From NCBI GenBank assembly GCA_043821115.1, contig JBDRDD010000032.1:16836-80835 (forward strand): a stretch of 64,000 bases of DNA. The letters are read 5' to 3'. The notes under the pieces were generated by a model, which ran no database searches, was not told the DNA's origin, and saw only the letters and a program-made list of their open reading frames with translations. Source of the DNA: a bacterium (lineage in GTDB: Bacteria; CAYTYR01; UBA6262; DAOVJB01). Shown here one piece after another: positions 8,533 to 17,792 of this stretch (positions are counted from its first letter, which is position 1; every line of letters starts with the position of its first letter). The translations under genes and the position numbers were made by a program.

Positions 8533-10626
8533 ATGACAAATGAAAAAACAGTACAAATGCAGCTTTCAGGGAAGAATCTGATTATACAGAACGGAATATT
8601 GGCCAAGCAGGCATCGGGAGCCGTGACCGTTCAGTATGGTGACACAGTTATATTAGCCACAGTGGTAGCTTCTCCCGGGGTGCGGAAAGATATAGATTTC
8701 TTTCCACTAACAGTAGATTACAGAGAAAAAATGTATGCCGCGGGAAAAATCCCGGGTGGGTTTTTCAAAAGGGAAGGCCGTCCAAGGGAAAAAGAGATAC
8801 TCACATCGCGTATCATTGACCGTCCGCTGCGTCCGCTTTTCCCGAAAGGTTTCAAAAACGAAGTTCAGATAATGGTTTCTGTTCTTTCAACGGATTGTGA
8901 GAATGACGCCGATGTGCTTTCCATTATTGGTAGTTCTTGTGCCCTGGCAATATCGGGTATTCCCTTTAATGGACCTGTCGGAGCCGTCAGGGTAGGAAGG
9001 GTTGATGGTTCTTTTGTTATCAACCCGACATTCCAGCAGCTTGAGAACAGTGATATTGATCTCGTGATTGCAGGAACAAAGGCAGCTATTATTATGGTAG
9101 AGGGTGCTGCCAGGGAGATTGGCGAAGAGGTAATGGGGGAGGCGCTTGATTTAGGATACAAGTCCATACAGGACATAATAAAGCTGCAGGAAGATATGGT
9201 AAAGGAAGTTCTAAAAGATAAAAAAACCAGTGTTGAGTATACAATCGAGAAACCGGATCCCAAAATTGACACAGAAGTTCGTGCTTTTGCGACCGCGAAG
9301 GTAAAGGAAGCCCTCTCTCTTGCAAAGGATGACCGAAAGGTTGCAATGGGAAAACTGCTTGAAGAGGTACTCGCTCAATTCGAAGAAAAGTTCCCGGAGA
9401 GTTCCCTGGCTATTAAAGCTGTTATGGACAGCATCACAAAAGATATTGTCAGACAGACCATCATCAAGACAGGAAAGAGAGTTGACGGACGGGGGCTAGG
9501 AGATATCAGGTCAATTGACTGCAAGGTAGGCGTGCTTCCCAGAACACACGGTTCCGGATTGTTTACGCGCGGAGGTACACAGGCCCTTGTTGCAACAACA
9601 CTGGGAACGCCTGGTGACAAGCAGATCATGGATGAACTGGAGAAGGAATATAAGAAGAGATTCATGCTGCACTATAACTTCCCGCCTTTCAGTACAGGCG
9701 AAGTACGGCCGAACAGGGGAGTGGGAAGAAGAGAGATAGGCCATGGTATACTTGCTGAACGCTCGCTTATGCAGGTGCTGCCTTCAGATGAAGAGTTTCC
9801 TTATACTATTAGACTGGTTTCCGACATCCTGGAGTCCGATGGTTCTTCTTCCATGGCTTCTATATGTGGGAGCACTCTTGCTCTTATGGATGCTGGGGTA
9901 CCAATCAAAACACCTATTGCCGGTATAGCCATGGGTGTTATAGTTGAAGGGGAAAAATCTTTTATTCTTACTGACATCCTTGGATTGGAGGATCACTGCG
10001 GGGATATGGATTTCAAAGTCGCGGGAAGTTCAAGCGGTATAACGGCTTTCCAGATGGATGTAAAAATAGAGGGAGTTACAATTGAGATAGTTAAAAATGC
10101 TCTCGAGGACGCCAAAAAGGCCAGGCTTTTCATATTGGATAAGATGACGCAGTCTATCGGCACTCCAAGGGAGAGTCTGTCTGCATACGCACCTAAGATA
10201 GTGACGATACAGATCAAAACAGATAAGATAAGAGATGTTATAGGACCTGGCGGGAAGATCATAAAGAAGATAATAGAGACAACGGGAGTCGATATAGATA
10301 TAAATGATGACGGAAAGATATATATAGCCGCAGTGGACAGCAGTGCGTGTGAAAAGGCTCAGCAGATGATAGCGGATCTTGTAGCGGATGCTGAGGTAGG
10401 CAAGGTATACAAGGGCAGGGTAACAAGAATAATGAACTTCGGTGCCTTTGTGGAAGTCCTTCCTGGCAAGGAAGGTCTGGTTCACATATCACAGCTGGAT
10501 CATAAGAGAGTGGCAAAAGTGGAAGATGTTGTTCATGAGGGCGATGAGATAACTGTCAAGGTAATAGAGATAGATGACAAGGGCAGAGTCAACCTTAGCC
10601 GCAAAGCTGTTTTGAAAAAGCAGTAA
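8533..10626 (+). CDS. pnp: Polyribonucleotide nucleotidyltransferase (PNPase)
   Basis: 697 aa; two RNase PH domains, KH (GPGGKIIKKI) and S1 (GKVYKGRVTRIMNFGAFVEV); rpsO-pnp synteny. Confidence 0.97.
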   Translation: MTNEKTVQMQLSGKNLIIQNGILAKQASGAVTVQYGDTVILATVVASPGVRKDIDFFPLTVDYREKMYAAGKIPGGFFKREGRPREKEILTSRIIDRPLRPLFPKGFKNEVQIMVSVLSTDCENDADVLSIIGSSCALAISGIPFNGPVGAVRVGRVDGSFVINPTFQQLENSDIDLVIAGTKAAIIMVEGAAREIGEEVMGEALDLGYKSIQDIIKLQEDMVKEVLKDKKTSVEYTIEKPDPKIDTEVRAFATAKVKEALSLAKDDRKVAMGKLLEEVLAQFEEKFPESSLAIKAVMDSITKDIVRQTIIKTGKRVDGRGLGDIRSIDCKVGVLPRTHGSGLFTRGGTQALVATTLGTPGDKQIMDELEKEYKKRFMLHYNFPPFSTGEVRPNRGVGRREIGHGILAERSLMQVLPSDEEFPYTIRLVSDILESDGSSSMASICGSTLALMDAGVPIKTPIAGIAMGVIVEGEKSFILTDILGLEDHCGDMDFKVAGSSSGITAFQMDVKIEGVTIEIVKNALEDAKKARLFILDKMTQSIGTPRESLSAYAPKIVTIQIKTDKIRDVIGPGGKIIKKIIETTGVDIDINDDGKIYIAAVDSSACEKAQQMIADLVADAEVGKVYKGRVTRIMNFGAFVEVLPGKEGLVHISQLDHKRVAKVEDVVHEGDEITVKVIEIDDKGRVNLSRKAVLKKQ

Positions 10627-10664
10627 TTGGTTTTAAGTGATACAGCTTTCTTAGCGGAGCAATC

Positions 10665-11114
10665 ATGAAAGAATTAGCGGAGATTAAAAAATTTTTCAAA
10701 CTTATGGTGCAAGAACATCTATATGAGCTTAATATAGAAAAAGAAAATTTTAAGCTCGCCATAAAAAGAAAAACAAAAAGTGATTTGATAGTAACTGCCC
10801 ATCATGTGAGCGCTGTTTCCAATACCGCAACTCATTTTGATGAGGCTCAGGCACAGGCGGATATTCCTTCTAATTATACTAAGATTGAATCACCTATTAA
10901 TGGTGTGTTCTATCGCGCACCATCTCCTGAGGCTGCATCATTTGTTGACGTGGGAAGTGTTGTGTCCAAGGGCAATACGCTTTGTATTGTTGAAGCCATG
11001 AAACTCATGAATGAAATACAGGCAGAGAAGAATTGTAAAATAATTTCCATAACAGCAGGGACTGGTTCAAGTGTAACAGCCGGGCAGACTTTATTTATTG
11101 TTGAAGAAGTTTAA
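10665..11114 (+). CDS. accB: Biotin carboxyl carrier protein (BCCP)
   Basis: 149 aa; biotinyl-lysine motif CIVEAMKLMNEI in the C-terminal lipoyl/biotinyl fold. Confidence 0.85.
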   Translation: MKELAEIKKFFKLMVQEHLYELNIEKENFKLAIKRKTKSDLIVTAHHVSAVSNTATHFDEAQAQADIPSNYTKIESPINGVFYRAPSPEAASFVDVGSVVSKGNTLCIVEAMKLMNEIQAEKNCKIISITAGTGSSVTAGQTLFIVEEV

Positions 11115-11129
11115 GCTCATTGAAAGTTA

Positions 11130-11159
11130 AATTTAAAAAAATTAAATTTTTTTTAAATT
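11130..11159. repeat. Perfect 12-bp A/T-only inverted repeat directly after the accB stop
   Basis: AATTTAAAAAAA (11130-11141), 6-nt loop, TTTTTTTAAATT (11148-11159). Could be a weak terminator or curved DNA upstream of the next promoter. Confidence 0.6.
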
Positions 11160-11243
11160 AATTATTTTGTTTGATTAAATGAAAAAAGAAAAGATAATGC
11201 AAGAAAAACAAACAAAAACAGCCATAATCATTGTTTTATAGGC

Positions 11244-11272
11244 TTGACAGTACATTCGGAATGTTATATTGT
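11244..11272 (+). promoter_or_regulatory. Candidate sigma70 promoter for the poly-Lys micro-ORF
   Basis: Consensus TTGACA at 11244-11249. TATTGT at 11267-11272 gives a 17-nt spacer; TATATT at 11265-11270 gives 15 nt. Confidence 0.55.
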
Positions 11273-11313
11273 TAAGGTAAAGTTTTTATCCTATAAAGAA
11301 AGAGGGGATGAGA

Positions 11314-11379
11314 ATGGCAGCGAAAAAGAAGGCGAAGAAAAAAGTAGCGAAGAAAAAAGTAGCGAAGAAAAAGAAATAA
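11314..11379 (+). CDS. 21-codon micro-ORF encoding MAAKKKAKKKVAKKKVAKKKK (not in the supplied ORF track)
   Basis: AGAGGGG (11301-11307) lies 6 nt before ATG 11314; TAA at 11377-11379. Consensus -35 promoter upstream and a strong hairpin terminator downstream. Confidence 0.45.
   Translation: MAAKKKAKKKVAKKKVAKKKK
11332..11376 (+). repeat. 15-bp tandem repeat x3 inside the micro-ORF
   Basis: GCGAAGAAAAAAGTA at 11332-11346 and 11347-11361 (identical); third copy GCGAAGAAAAAGAAA at 11362-11376. Confidence 0.95.
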
Positions 11380-11406
11380 GCTCAGGCATTAGATTTTTGG
11401 AGTTTG

Positions 11407-11445
11407 GGGAGTGAACCGGAAGGTTCGCTCCCTTTCTCCTTGTTT
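11407..11445 (+). terminator. Rho-independent terminator after the micro-ORF
   Basis: Stem GGGAGTGAACC (11407-11417) / GGTTCGCTCCC (11422-11432) with one G-U pair, GGAA loop, then TTTCTCCTTGTTT. Confidence 0.7.
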
Positions 11446-11527
11446 GACTTTACATATACAGATAATCTACGGGACCAAATAAATCCATCTTAATAGCTGG
11501 ATTGATTTAATCTGTAGGTTATTTTTT

Positions 11528-11749
11528 GTGGGAGGACTCATGCAGGAGACAATCGGAACGGCAGCTGGAAAGATATGGAAGTTCTTACAGGAAAACGGTG
11601 AGGTTACGGTATTAAAGCTTAAAACAAACCTCAAGCTTTCAAACAGTCTTGTATGTATGGGTATAGGCTGGCTGGCCCGTGAGGATAAGATCTGTATTAA
11701 GAATAGCAAAAAGGATAATAAGGTATCTCTTAAAGGTATAGTAAAGTAA
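11528..11749 (+). CDS. Small winged-helix protein (DUF2582-like)
   Basis: ...IGTAAGKIWKFLQENGEVTVLKLKTNLKLSNSLVCMGIGWLAREDKI... matches my memory of the DUF2582 wHTH family. Start is GTG 11528 or ATG 11540 (GGAGGA at 11531-11536). Confidence 0.7.
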   Translation: MGGLMQETIGTAAGKIWKFLQENGEVTVLKLKTNLKLSNSLVCMGIGWLAREDKICIKNSKKDNKVSLKGIVK

Positions 11750-11798
11750 AACAATAGTATAAATATAATCAAAGATTATAACATTAAAATTCTCTAGC

Positions 11799-11824
11799 AA
11801 TCCCTACACAGGGGTTATTTTTTT
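11799..11824 (+). terminator. Intrinsic terminator after the wHTH gene
   Basis: Stem AATCCCT / AGGGGTT (one G-U pair), ACAC loop, followed by ATTTTTTT. Confidence 0.55.
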
Positions 11825-11846
11825 GCTTGTTTTTTTGCTGTATATA

Positions 11847-11855
11847 TGATATAAT
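11847..11855 (+). promoter_or_regulatory. Extended -10 element (TGaTATAAT) ahead of uppP
   Basis: TG at 11847-11848, TATAAT at 11850-11855, about 28 nt before the uppP ATG; no good -35 seen. Confidence 0.35.
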
Positions 11856-11882
11856 GCAATCCAGATATATAACGAGGAAATA

Positions 11883-12698
11883 ATGGGTTTTATAGAAAGT
11901 GCAATCCTGGGGATAGTTCAGGGTCTTACGGAGTTTCTGCCGGTTTCAAGCTCAGGGCACCTTGTGTTTATGCAGAATGTGCTGGGAGTAGGCGAAATAG
12001 AGATTCTTTTTGATGTATTTCTCCATGTTGGAACCTTGCTGGCGGTATTTGTGTTCTTTCGCAAAGATATTGCAGGCATTTTTTCAAACGTTAAAAACAT
12101 ACGCTCTTTCAGAACAAATGTTCAGGCCAGAACACTTTTATTTATTATTATAGCTTCGGTTCCTACAGCAATTATAGGATTAGCCTTCAAGGATTATTTT
12201 GAGAAGGTGTTTAACAATCTTCTCATAGTTGCCTGCTTTTTATTCGTAACAGGTGTGTTTCTTTTTATTGCGGAACGTGTATCGGTTCCCTCAGACAAAC
12301 AGAAAAGCATGCTAGGTATGAATATCAGTGATGCACTTATAATAGGTTGTATGCAGGGTTTTGCAATAGCACCTGGCATTTCCCGTTCGGGAGCAACGAT
12401 TACAGCGGGAATTTTCAGGGGTATTAACAGGGAACTGGCTGCCAGATTTTCTTTTCTTCTGTCTATTCCTGCTATACTGGGTGCGTTTTTGATGGAACTT
12501 AAGGATTGTGCCCAGATGCTGGGGAGTGTCAGCATACTGTCTATTGTAACTGGCACGTTACTTGCTTTTTTATCCGGTTATTATGCACTCAGGGTTCTTT
12601 TTAGCGTTATCAGGAAGCGCAGGCTTGGGATTTTTGCATACTATTGCTGGGCTGTTGGTCTGGTTATTGTGGTAAGGGCTTTACTCCTCAAGACTTAA
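11883..12698 (+). CDS. uppP: Undecaprenyl-diphosphate phosphatase (BacA/UppP)
   Basis: ...LTEFLPVSSSGHL... and ...PGISRSGATI... BacA motifs; polytopic membrane protein. Confidence 0.92.
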   Translation: MGFIESAILGIVQGLTEFLPVSSSGHLVFMQNVLGVGEIEILFDVFLHVGTLLAVFVFFRKDIAGIFSNVKNIRSFRTNVQARTLLFIIIASVPTAIIGLAFKDYFEKVFNNLLIVACFLFVTGVFLFIAERVSVPSDKQKSMLGMNISDALIIGCMQGFAIAPGISRSGATITAGIFRGINRELAARFSFLLSIPAILGAFLMELKDCAQMLGSVSILSIVTGTLLAFLSGYYALRVLFSVIRKRRLGIFAYYCWAVGLVIVVRALLLKT

Positions 12699-12708
12699 GA
12701 AGGTCTAG

Positions 12709-14862
12709 ATGAAAATTTTCTCCCAGTTCAAAAAAGAAAAGAAGCAAGAAATGTATACCGTTGGGCTTTTCGCTCTTGCTTTGTTCATCTTTCTCTCCCT
12801 TGTATCTTCTTCCTCTCCCCAAAATTATATAGGCATAATAGGTGTTTACGTTGCAGAAGGGCTTATCATAGCCTTTGGTTCTATCGGCGCATATTTGGTG
12901 CCGCTTAGTTTTTCCATGTGGGGATGGCAAAATCTCAAGCAGATAAAAAGGGAAAAAGTATATATCAAGGCGGTTGGTTTTGTTATCTTCCTGATATCCG
13001 TGTGCGGGCTTTTAAGCCTCATAAACAAAGACACTCTCAGAGGCGTAGATAAAATAGGAGGGTATTTAGGAGCTGGACTTACCTATGTGCTTGTTGCCTA
13101 CGTTGGTTTCCTCGGGGCGTATATTGTTCTTATCACGGCCCTCATTCTTTCTTTACTGCTTGCCACGAGATTTTCCATAATACCGTCTATAATTTTCCTG
13201 CAGGATAAAGCAAAACAGTTGTGGGCACAGATAAGTGCCGTGAAAAACAAGGAAAACCCAAAACAGGTTAGGATAAAGAAGCCTCAGATTGCTGTAAAAG
13301 AACCTGTTGAGCAGGAAAAGAAACCCCCTACAATCAAGATGCCCATAACTGCTAAAATAAAGGAATTGCGTGAGAAAGAAGCTGATAGGGCAAAATACAG
13401 GGAAGAGGGAAAGAAGCCTTTACCCGTCCAGCAGGAATTCGCCGGGATTTATAACCTGCCTCCATTGTCTCTGCTTGAAGTACCGCCTCCTGTGAGTACT
13501 GACAAGATGGAAGAGAGTCTAAAGGCGGAAGCGGCAACGCTCGAACGTACCCTTCATGAGTTCTCTATATCTGCAAGTGTGACACAGATCTGTCCAGGTC
13601 CGGTCATAACACGTTATGAGGTTCAGCTCGCCCCTGGCGTAAAAGTCAACAGGATAGTCAATCTATCTGATAATATAGCACTTGCCATGGAAGCTTCGCA
13701 TGTCAGGATCCTTGCTCCTATACCAGGCAAGAAAGTCGTGGGAATAGAAGTTCCGAACAGGTTCGCAAATCTCGTGTATATGAGGGAACTTCTTGAAAGC
13801 GAACAGTACCAGAACACGAAGGCAACAATTCCTCTTGCTCTTGGTAAAACAATAGCGGGAGAGCCGTATGTCGCGGACCTGCAGAAAATGCCACATCTTC
13901 TCATAGCGGGTGCTACCGGAAGCGGGAAAAGCATATGTATCCACGCACTGATTAACAGTATCCTGTTCAACGCGAGTCCTGAGAAGGTAAAATTTCTCAT
14001 GATAGACCAGAAAATGATAGAGCTTCCTATTTATAATGATATACCTCACCTCATAACCCCTGTTATAACAGACGTGCGAAAAGCCGCCCATGCTTTGAAA
14101 TGGGTTGTCGCTGAGATGGAGAACAGGTACAGGAAATTCGCAGATGTGAGGGCCAAGGGTATAGACGGATATAACTCCAACGAGGGTGTTGAGAAACTAC
14201 CGTATCTGGTATTGATAGTGGACGAGCTTGCGGACCTCATGATACTTTCCTCTATTGAAGTGGAGGATGCAATAATCAGGATAGCCCAAATGGCACGAGC
14301 TGTGGGTATCCATATTATTCTTGCCACTCAGAGGCCTTCGGTAGATGTTATAACAGGTGTGATAAAAGCAAACTTTCCGGCACGCATAGCCTTCCAGACA
14401 CTTTCAGCGACCGATTCCAGGATTATACTTGATATGGCCGGGGCAGATGACCTGCTCGGAAGCGGTGATATGCTATTTTTACCGATCGGGGCCCCCAAAC
14501 CTGTTAGGATACAGGGGTCTTTCATAAGGCAGAAGGAAGCGGAAAGCGTGGTAGAATTCATACTCGAACAGAAGAAAGCTAGCTACAGGGATGATGTCTT
14601 CCACACTATCCGGGATGGAAGTCCCGGGGATATACAGAAGGATGTATTGTTCGATGATGCCATAAAAGTTATCATAAATACGGGGCAGGCATCCATTTCT
14701 CTTCTGCAGCGGCGCCTGGGTATAGGGTACAACAGGTCTGCCCGCTTGATAGATTGCCTTGAGTCGAAGGGAATAATAGGACCACCCGATGGAACCAAGC
14801 CAAGGGAAATCCTTGTAAGCGAGGATTACTCCCAGGAAAAAGAAGCTGTGAAGAATCAGTAA
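12709..14862 (+). CDS. ftsK: DNA translocase FtsK
   Basis: N-terminal TM segments; Walker A GATGSGKS; Walker B LVLIVDELADL; C-terminal gamma wHTH ...ASISLLQRRLGIGYNRSARLIDCLE... Confidence 0.95.
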   Translation: MKIFSQFKKEKKQEMYTVGLFALALFIFLSLVSSSSPQNYIGIIGVYVAEGLIIAFGSIGAYLVPLSFSMWGWQNLKQIKREKVYIKAVGFVIFLISVCGLLSLINKDTLRGVDKIGGYLGAGLTYVLVAYVGFLGAYIVLITALILSLLLATRFSIIPSIIFLQDKAKQLWAQISAVKNKENPKQVRIKKPQIAVKEPVEQEKKPPTIKMPITAKIKELREKEADRAKYREEGKKPLPVQQEFAGIYNLPPLSLLEVPPPVSTDKMEESLKAEAATLERTLHEFSISASVTQICPGPVITRYEVQLAPGVKVNRIVNLSDNIALAMEASHVRILAPIPGKKVVGIEVPNRFANLVYMRELLESEQYQNTKATIPLALGKTIAGEPYVADLQKMPHLLIAGATGSGKSICIHALINSILFNASPEKVKFLMIDQKMIELPIYNDIPHLITPVITDVRKAAHALKWVVAEMENRYRKFADVRAKGIDGYNSNEGVEKLPYLVLIVDELADLMILSSIEVEDAIIRIAQMARAVGIHIILATQRPSVDVITGVIKANFPARIAFQTLSATDSRIILDMAGADDLLGSGDMLFLPIGAPKPVRIQGSFIRQKEAESVVEFILEQKKASYRDDVFHTIRDGSPGDIQKDVLFDDAIKVIINTGQASISLLQRRLGIGYNRSARLIDCLESKGIIGPPDGTKPREILVSEDYSQEKEAVKNQ

Positions 14863-14895
14863 TTCATTCTCTGGTAAAACGGAGTAAATCAGACC

Positions 14896-15609
14896 TTGAT
14901 AGGCTCAACCCTTCAAAACAAGAGAAGAGAAAAAAAGATATCTCTTAAGAAAGCCTCTGCAGAAACAAAAGTCAGGATGAAATACCTGATAGCTTTAGAG
15001 GAAGAAAACTATGATATCTTCCCTGCAGATGTGTACCTCAAAGGTTTCCTTAAGGCCTATGCTAATTATCTTGGGCTAAACGGCAGCGAACTCGTTGGGC
15101 TCTATGAACAGAAGCATCCCGGTATAAAGATAAAACCCGAGGTCGGGTTAAAAAGACTTGCTATCGGGAGACTGCGTTTTAGGAGGATGTACCGAAGGAT
15201 CTACCGCAGGAACCTTTTTATTTTCCTAATCGGAATATTGGCAATAACAGCCTTATGGCTTTTGCCGAAAAAATCTTTCAACTATGCTCCTGATATTACG
15301 CAACGGGCTCCCAGCAATACAGCAAAGCTGCATAAGGAAGTCATAAAGACGCTCAAGCTTCAGGCTAATATAAAGGAAATCACCTGGATCAGGGTAATAG
15401 CTGATGGGGCGCTTGTCGCGGAGAGAAACTTCTACCCGGGAGAGTTTCACAGCTGGGAAGCCAGCCGGGATTTCAAAATCCGGATAGGAAACGTCTGGGG
15501 AGCGGACTTAATACTAAACGGCAAGTCTGTAGATATTATTACACCAAGCGAGCAGGCTGTCATTGACCTTGTACTAGATAAAGAGGATGTAAGTGACCTT
15601 ACCGAATAA
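14896..15609 (+). CDS. rodZ: RodZ-like cytoskeleton protein (HTH + TM + DUF4115-like domain)
   Basis: N-terminal XRE-type HTH ...ISLKKASAETKVRMKYLIALEEENYDIFPADVYLKGFLKAYANYLGL..., one TM, C-terminal beta domain; TTG start. Confidence 0.7.
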   Translation: MIGSTLQNKRREKKISLKKASAETKVRMKYLIALEEENYDIFPADVYLKGFLKAYANYLGLNGSELVGLYEQKHPGIKIKPEVGLKRLAIGRLRFRRMYRRIYRRNLFIFLIGILAITALWLLPKKSFNYAPDITQRAPSNTAKLHKEVIKTLKLQANIKEITWIRVIADGALVAERNFYPGEFHSWEASRDFKIRIGNVWGADLILNGKSVDIITPSEQAVIDLVLDKEDVSDLTE

Positions 15610-16219
15610 GCTAACACTTATACGAATATGTCTTGTTCCCGCGTTTGTGGCGTTTATGTTTTTCAACGACGTCTATACGAGGATCATAGCACTTTTGATT
15701 TTCGTGATTGCCTCATTGACAGACCTCTATGACGGAATACTTGCCCGCAGGTACCAGTGCGTTACGGATTTCGGACGTTTTATGGATCCTCTTGCAGACA
15801 AGTTATTGATCTGTTCGGCTTTTATTTCTTTTATATCACTTAAGGAGCTCAATATATTCACTGCTGCTCCTATGGTGACCATTATTATAAGCCGTGAGTT
15901 CATTATAACTGGACTGCGCGGTGTTGCGGCGCGCAAGGGTCAGGTTATAGCGGCCGATAAGACAGGGAAGTTCAAGACCACCTCGCAGATAGTAGTGATC
16001 ATTGTCACCATGCTAATACTAATTACCAATGCCTGGCTTAAGAAGAATTACGGGCTTGTCCATTCAGATCTTCTGTTGAGGGAAGGGTGGCAGTATTACA
16101 TGGGACTCTTCCTTCAGGAAATGCCTTTTTACCTTCTGTTTTTAGCGACAGTGATGACGGTTATATCAGGACTGAATTTTATTTTCAAAAACAAGAGAAT
16201 ACTTATAGAAGGAATATGA
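15593..16219 (+). CDS. pgsA: CDP-diacylglycerol--glycerol-3-phosphate 3-phosphatidyltransferase
   Basis: CDP-alcohol phosphatidyltransferase motif DLYDGILARR...GRFMDPLADK; GTG start overlapping the rodZ-like 3' end. Confidence 0.9.
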   Translation: MTLPNKLTLIRICLVPAFVAFMFFNDVYTRIIALLIFVIASLTDLYDGILARRYQCVTDFGRFMDPLADKLLICSAFISFISLKELNIFTAAPMVTIIISREFIITGLRGVAARKGQVIAADKTGKFKTTSQIVVIIVTMLILITNAWLKKNYGLVHSDLLLREGWQYYMGLFLQEMPFYLLFLATVMTVISGLNFIFKNKRILIEGI

Positions 16220-16707
16220 CAGTGCAACAGAAACTCCGCACTTTGGTTGATTTTTCAGTAAAGCTCCTGTCTTCAGGATTCTATTCGGGATATGTTCCTT
16301 TTATGCCGGGGACCTCTGGCACGGCCGTAGGAGTCGGTGTATATGTACTGTTTATGCCTAGAGGGCTCTATGGTTATCTTGCGGTGACTATGGCCTGTAT
16401 TGTTGCCGGGATATGGATTACCGGTGAGGCTGAGCTTATATACGCTAAAAAAGATGATCAGAGGATAGTTCTGGATGAGGTTGCCGGTTATCTGGTCAGT
16501 ATGTTTATGCTTCCCCGCACGCCGGAAGTCATAACAGCGGGTTTCGTGGTCTTCAGGTTTTTTGACTGGGTAAAGCCGTTTCCGATAAAGAAACTGGAAG
16601 AGATGGGTGGTGGTGCAGGTATAATGGCCGACGATGTAATGGCGGGTGTATATACGTGCCTTTGTCTTCATACAGGCCTTCACATATTAAGGATCAGTGC
16701 ATCATAA
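16216..16707 (+). CDS. pgpA: Phosphatidylglycerophosphatase A
   Basis: ATG 16216 overlaps the pgsA stop (ATGA). ...GFYSGYVPFMPGTSGTAVGV... and ...GIMADDVMAGVY... are PgpA-like. The track ORF (16087) extends upstream inside pgsA. Confidence 0.85.
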   Translation: MTVQQKLRTLVDFSVKLLSSGFYSGYVPFMPGTSGTAVGVGVYVLFMPRGLYGYLAVTMACIVAGIWITGEAELIYAKKDDQRIVLDEVAGYLVSMFMLPRTPEVITAGFVVFRFFDWVKPFPIKKLEEMGGGAGIMADDVMAGVYTCLCLHTGLHILRISAS

Positions 16708-16763
16708 GGAATTAATCCAGTGGTGCTTATTTTACACTATATCATACCAGGAGGGTGAATCAC

Positions 16764-17792
16764 ATGGTAAAGGTAGAAGAAAAAACAAAAGCGTTGGATT
16801 TGGCTATTTCACAGATCGAGAAACAGTTTGGCAAAGGCGCTATTATGAAAATGGGAAAAGAGTCTAGAGTCGCTGTGGAGGCAATACCTACGGGTGCTTT
16901 GTCTCTTGATCTTGCGATAGGCATAGGAGGTGTTCCGCGTGGCAGGGTGGTTGAGATCTTCGGCCCGGAATCCGGGGGAAAGACAACACTAGCGCTGCAC
17001 ATTGTAGCGGAAGCTCAGAAAAAAGGAGGGACAGCAGCGTTTATTGATGCAGAACATGCCCTTGACCCGATTTATGCCGAGAAACTAGGCGTGAATATTG
17101 AAAACCTTCTTATCTCCCAGCCGGACAGCGGTGAGCAGGCACTTGAGATAGTGGAGACACTTGTAAGAAGTGGAGCCATTGATGTTATAGTGGTTGATTC
17201 GGTTGCGGCTCTTGTTCCAAAAGCGGAGATAGATGGGGACATGGGGGATTCTCAGATGGGCCTGCAGGCAAGGCTCATGTCACAGGCTCTTAGAAAGCTT
17301 ACTGCTGTTATCAGCAAATCAAAGACATGCGTCATATTTATCAACCAGCTCCGAATGAAAATCGGTGTCATGTTCGGGAGTCCCGAAACCACCTCAGGTG
17401 GAAGGGCACTCAAGTTTTACGCAAGCGTGCGCTTGGATATACGCAAGGTACAGACTATCAAACAGGGTGATGCCGCCATAGGAAGCAGGGTGAGGATAAA
17501 AGTTGTCAAGAACAAGGTGGCACCTCCGTTTCGGCAGACAGAAGTTGAAATTATTTTCGGTAGAGGTATATCAAAAGAAGGCGATGTACTAGATATGGGG
17601 ATTAATCAGGGCATCATAAACAAGAGTGGTGCGTGGATTACATACAAGAATAACCGTATCGGACAGGGAAGAGAAAATGCCAAGCTCTACCTCGAGCAGA
17701 ATAAGAATGTTCTGAAGGAACTCGAGCAGAAGATAACACAGGCCATTGTGGAAGGACCAAAAAGTGAAACGAAAAAGGGAGATCTAAAATGA
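16764..17792 (+). CDS. recA: Recombinase RecA
   Basis: Walker [13 protein letters not shown]; ...FIDAEHALD...; ...[13 protein letters not shown].... ATG 16764 lies 8 nt after AGGAGGG. Confidence 0.98.
   Translation: MVKVEEKTKALDLAISQIEKQFGKGAIMKMGKESRVAVEAIPTGALSLDLAIGIGGVPRGRVVEIFGPESGGKTTLALHIVAEAQKKGGTAAFIDAEHALDPIYAEKLGVNIENLLISQPDSGEQALEIVETLVRSGAIDVIVVDSVAALVPKAEIDGDMGDSQMGLQARLMSQALRKLTAVISKSKTCVIFINQLRMKIGVMFGSPETTSGGRALKFYASVRLDIRKVQTIKQGDAAIGSRVRIKVVKNKVAPPFRQTEVEIIFGRGISKEGDVLDMGINQGIINKSGAWITYKNNRIGQGRENAKLYLEQNKNVLKELEQKITQAIVEGPKSETKKGDLK

Noticed and set aside
11179-11241. 20-codon ORF MKKEKIMQEKQTKTAIIIVL in the accB downstream spacer
   Set aside because: There is no Shine-Dalgarno sequence, it lies upstream of the only good promoter in the spacer, and it is A-rich filler sequence. 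Not supportable as a gene.
11467-11772. 101-aa minus-strand ORF overlapping the wHTH gene
   Set aside because: The + strand ORF carries the DUF2582-like ...GWLAREDKI... signature and has its own terminator. The minus ORF has no SD or motif.
16087-16215. N-terminal extension of the pgpA ORF in the track
   Set aside because: The extension lies wholly inside pgsA in another frame. An ATG at 16216 with ATGA stop/start coupling gives a normal-length PgpA.
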